From Phaeobacter phage MD18, in the sequence record MT270409.1: 24,000 nt of DNA, one strand, 5' to 3'. The notes beneath the pieces are model-generated. The model had not been told where the DNA came from and did not search any database. It saw only the letters and a list, made by a program, of their open reading frames with translations. Of the stretch, positions 22,371 to 24,000 are shown one piece after another; positions within the stretch are counted from its first letter, which is position 1; each line of letters starts with the position of its first letter. A program made the translations under genes and the position numbers.

Positions 22371-22643
22371 TTACCCGCCGTCCGATCCTTCCAGAGCTTC
22401 GGCGATGTGTTCCCAATCGCTGGCGCTCAGAGCGTCGGTGAAGCGCTGGCTGACCCGATCACCACGGGAATTTCGCAAAATAATCCCCTCAACCTCTGCC
22501 CATGCAGGCTCATCGCTTCCATATGCGTTGCTCCCCCCACAAACCAAAGTTCCCTCGGCCTCAACCGTGCATTCAAATTCGGTTCCGGCCTTTTCTACAT
22601 AGACTGTCACAGTGGCGGTGCGGTTCAATGTCTGCGTTGGCAT
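22371..22643 (-). CDS. Small hypothetical protein (MPTQTLNRTATVTVYVEKAGTEFECTVEAEG...)
   Basis: Complete ORF downstream of cassette C. Confidence 0.6.
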   Translation of the reverse strand: MPTQTLNRTATVTVYVEKAGTEFECTVEAEGTLVCGGSNAYGSDEPAWAEVEGIILRNSRGDRVSQRFTDALSASDWEHIAEALEGSDGG

Positions 22644-22674
22644 GGTGTCTCTCCAATTGCGTTTCGGTGAATCC

Positions 22675-22723
22675 TTTTTGACAGATTCGATGACAATTGG
22701 CAAGCGTATATCACGCTTCAAGC
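22675..22723 (-). promoter_or_regulatory. Repeated promoter cassette, copy C
   Basis: gcttgaagcgtgatatacgcttgccaattgtcatcgaatctgtcaaaaa. Confidence 0.6.
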
Positions 22724-22831
22724 TGACTTTTCCGATTTAGCGTCAGAGCGGCTAGAACGGGGCACAGAGGGCCGAGTCCCACTTAAATGGGGAATGTCGG
22801 GGCAGTCCCTAGGGCCCGCCCCTGACCCGTC

Positions 22832-23158
22832 TCAGGGGTAGAGAAGGAAGGCATTGCCTCCGATGTCGTAAAACGAAATTCCTTCCCCGTTGCCGCGCGT
22901 TCCCGCGTCCCAATAGCAATTGGAGGAGTCTTCGGTGTCGCAGGCAGGCAGGACATAGATTTCCCCTTGGTGCTTGATCTCAGCGGGCATGGTCGCGTGA
23001 TCCGGTTCACAGGAGGGGTTCCCGTCGGTCCAGCTCGGGTTCGTTTGGCTATAGTTTTCCATGGCCTCGATGCAGTCCGTGCCGGTCAGGCCGGAGTCTT
23101 CCACATAAACGTCAATTGAGGTTTCGGTGTAGATGGTCAGGAGAAAAACATAGAGCAT
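22832..23158 (-). CDS. Small secreted/membrane-associated-type protein (108 aa)
   Basis: Hydrophobic N-terminus MLYVFLLTIYTETSIDVYVEDSG; Cys-containing; leader cassette upstream. Confidence 0.6.
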   Translation of the reverse strand: MLYVFLLTIYTETSIDVYVEDSGLTGTDCIEAMENYSQTNPSWTDGNPSCEPDHATMPAEIKHQGEIYVLPACDTEDSSNCYWDAGTRGNGEGISFYDIGGNAFLLYP

Positions 23159-23193
23159 TTTGCAGGTTCCTTGTTCTGCGTTTCGGTACGTCC

Positions 23194-23242
23194 TTTGTGC
23201 CAGATTCGCTTGCCCGGCGCAAGGCTAGATTGCGCTTCAAGC
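23194..23242 (-). promoter_or_regulatory. Repeated promoter cassette, copy D
   Basis: gcttgaagcgcaatctagccttgcgccgggcaagcgaatctggcacaaa. Confidence 0.6.
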
Positions 23243-23464
23243 CAAATTATTCAGGGCATACCGGCGCAGGGATGCCATGTATTCCCGGCGATTCCGGCCT
23301 TTCGCGTTGCCTTCCCACATTGCCACGTCAGACCCGCCCCGCGTCTGGCCTAGGTAGACTCCGGGGTTGTTCGGTCCTGCCGTGATATGCTGCCCCGGTT
23401 GCAGCGCCGCGCGCTGCTCAGGGGTCAGGGTCCAAATGTCGACTCGGGGTTGAAAGCGTGCCAT
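23237..23464 (-). CDS. Small hypothetical protein (75 aa)
   Basis: MARFQPRVDIWTLTPEQRAALQPGQHITAGP...; stop TGA lies inside GCTTGAAGCG of cassette D. Confidence 0.6.
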   Translation of the reverse strand: MARFQPRVDIWTLTPEQRAALQPGQHITAGPNNPGVYLGQTRGGSDVAMWEGNAKGRNRREYMASLRRYALNNLA

Positions 23465-23637
23465 CAGTCCAGCCCCTCCGCTTCCACGGTCTCTTGCAGC
23501 TCTGCCAGCTCTTCCATGGTCATGCCCATGGCTCCCGCAAAGTCTTCCACGGTGCGCAGCTCCGCGACGCGCAGCGGCTCAGATTCGCCGGTCTCGGTGT
23601 TATCGATGGTGCCGATCTCTTTCCATTCCAGTGCCAT
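23464..23637 (-). CDS. Small acidic protein (57 aa), missed by ORF track
   Basis: MALEWKEIGTIDNTETGESEPLRVAELRTVEDFAGAMGMTMEELAELQETVEAEGLD*; ATGA overlap with 23237..23464. Confidence 0.65.
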   Translation of the reverse strand: MALEWKEIGTIDNTETGESEPLRVAELRTVEDFAGAMGMTMEELAELQETVEAEGLD

Positions 23638-23784
23638 TGTCTCAGTCCTTTCGGCGTCTCGGTGGATGGGCCGGACGGGGCTTTTCCCCCGCCCGGTGGG
23701 GAGGCTTTACCCTTCCCCAATCTCGGTAGCGGCTTTTCCCGCTACCGGCGGGGAGGCTTTACCCTTCCCCGTTCCCGGTGACTC

Positions 23785-23834
23785 TGTTTTGACAGATTCG
23801 CTTACATCGTGCAAGCCTTAATTGCGCTTCAAGC
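23785..23834 (-). promoter_or_regulatory. Repeated promoter cassette, copy E
   Basis: gcttgaagcgcaattaaggcttgcacgatgtaagcgaatctgtcaaaac. Confidence 0.65.
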
Positions 23835-24000
23835 CGAATTTTTTGGTACGGCCCAAACCTCGGGCGGGGCGTCTGGCGGCGCGACCATGACAATCGCCGA
23901 TGCGGAGTCGATCCGCGCGCCGTTGTCCTTGCGGGTGAAGTGCCCAGCGTGTCGCGGGTTGTAAGTGATGCGAGTCGCCTCAGGCAATCCGCGCCCAAAT
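23829..24000 (-). CDS. Hypothetical protein C-terminus, partial at right edge (...FGRGLPEATRITYNPRHAGHFTRKDNGARIDSASAIVMVAPPDAPPEVWAVPKNSA*)
   Basis: Open frame from edge ending in TGA within cassette E. Confidence 0.45.
   Translation of the reverse strand, partial: FGRGLPEATRITYNPRHAGHFTRKDNGARIDSASAIVMVAPPDAPPEVWAVPKNSA

Noticed and set aside
23759-23998. Minus-strand ORF of 79 aa at the right edge
   Set aside because: An alternative frame ending at 23829 gives a more protein-like sequence, and this ORF runs through promoter cassette E

Overview
The window looks like a segment of a tailed-phage or prophage genome, probably infecting an alphaproteobacterium (inference). Almost everything is transcribed on the minus strand. 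The left end is a head module: capsid-type protein, scaffold-like protein and a DUF4055-like portal. Between about 5.65 and 20.2 kb there is a very large tRNA array. By eye I fold 34 well-formed minus-strand tRNA genes, nearly all with an encoded CCA, that together cover all 20 amino acids, plus about 5 degenerate or unusual tRNA-like loci. Interleaved genes include a PTH2-type peptidyl-tRNA hydrolase, a YkuK/DUF458-like RNase H-fold protein, a DUF2493/SLOG-like protein, an adenine-methyltransferase-like protein with an NPPW motif, a large nucleotidyltransferase, and a plus-strand H-NS/HvrA-like gene. A ~1.5-1.9 kb stretch (16.28-18.2 kb) has no convincing gene. It contains what I read as a circularly permuted, two-piece (alphaproteobacterial-type) tmRNA: the 5' end GGGGCCGAAAUAGGAUCGACAGG pairs over 7 bp with CGGCUCC-A-CCA located upstream of it. 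It also contains other strongly structured, unexplained sequence. The right end (21.4-24 kb) is a set of small early-type genes, each preceded by a repeated promoter/leader cassette (GCTTGAAGCG...TTGC...GAATC). All tRNA anticodons and folds were assigned manually and need tRNAscan-SE, ARAGORN and Infernal confirmation.
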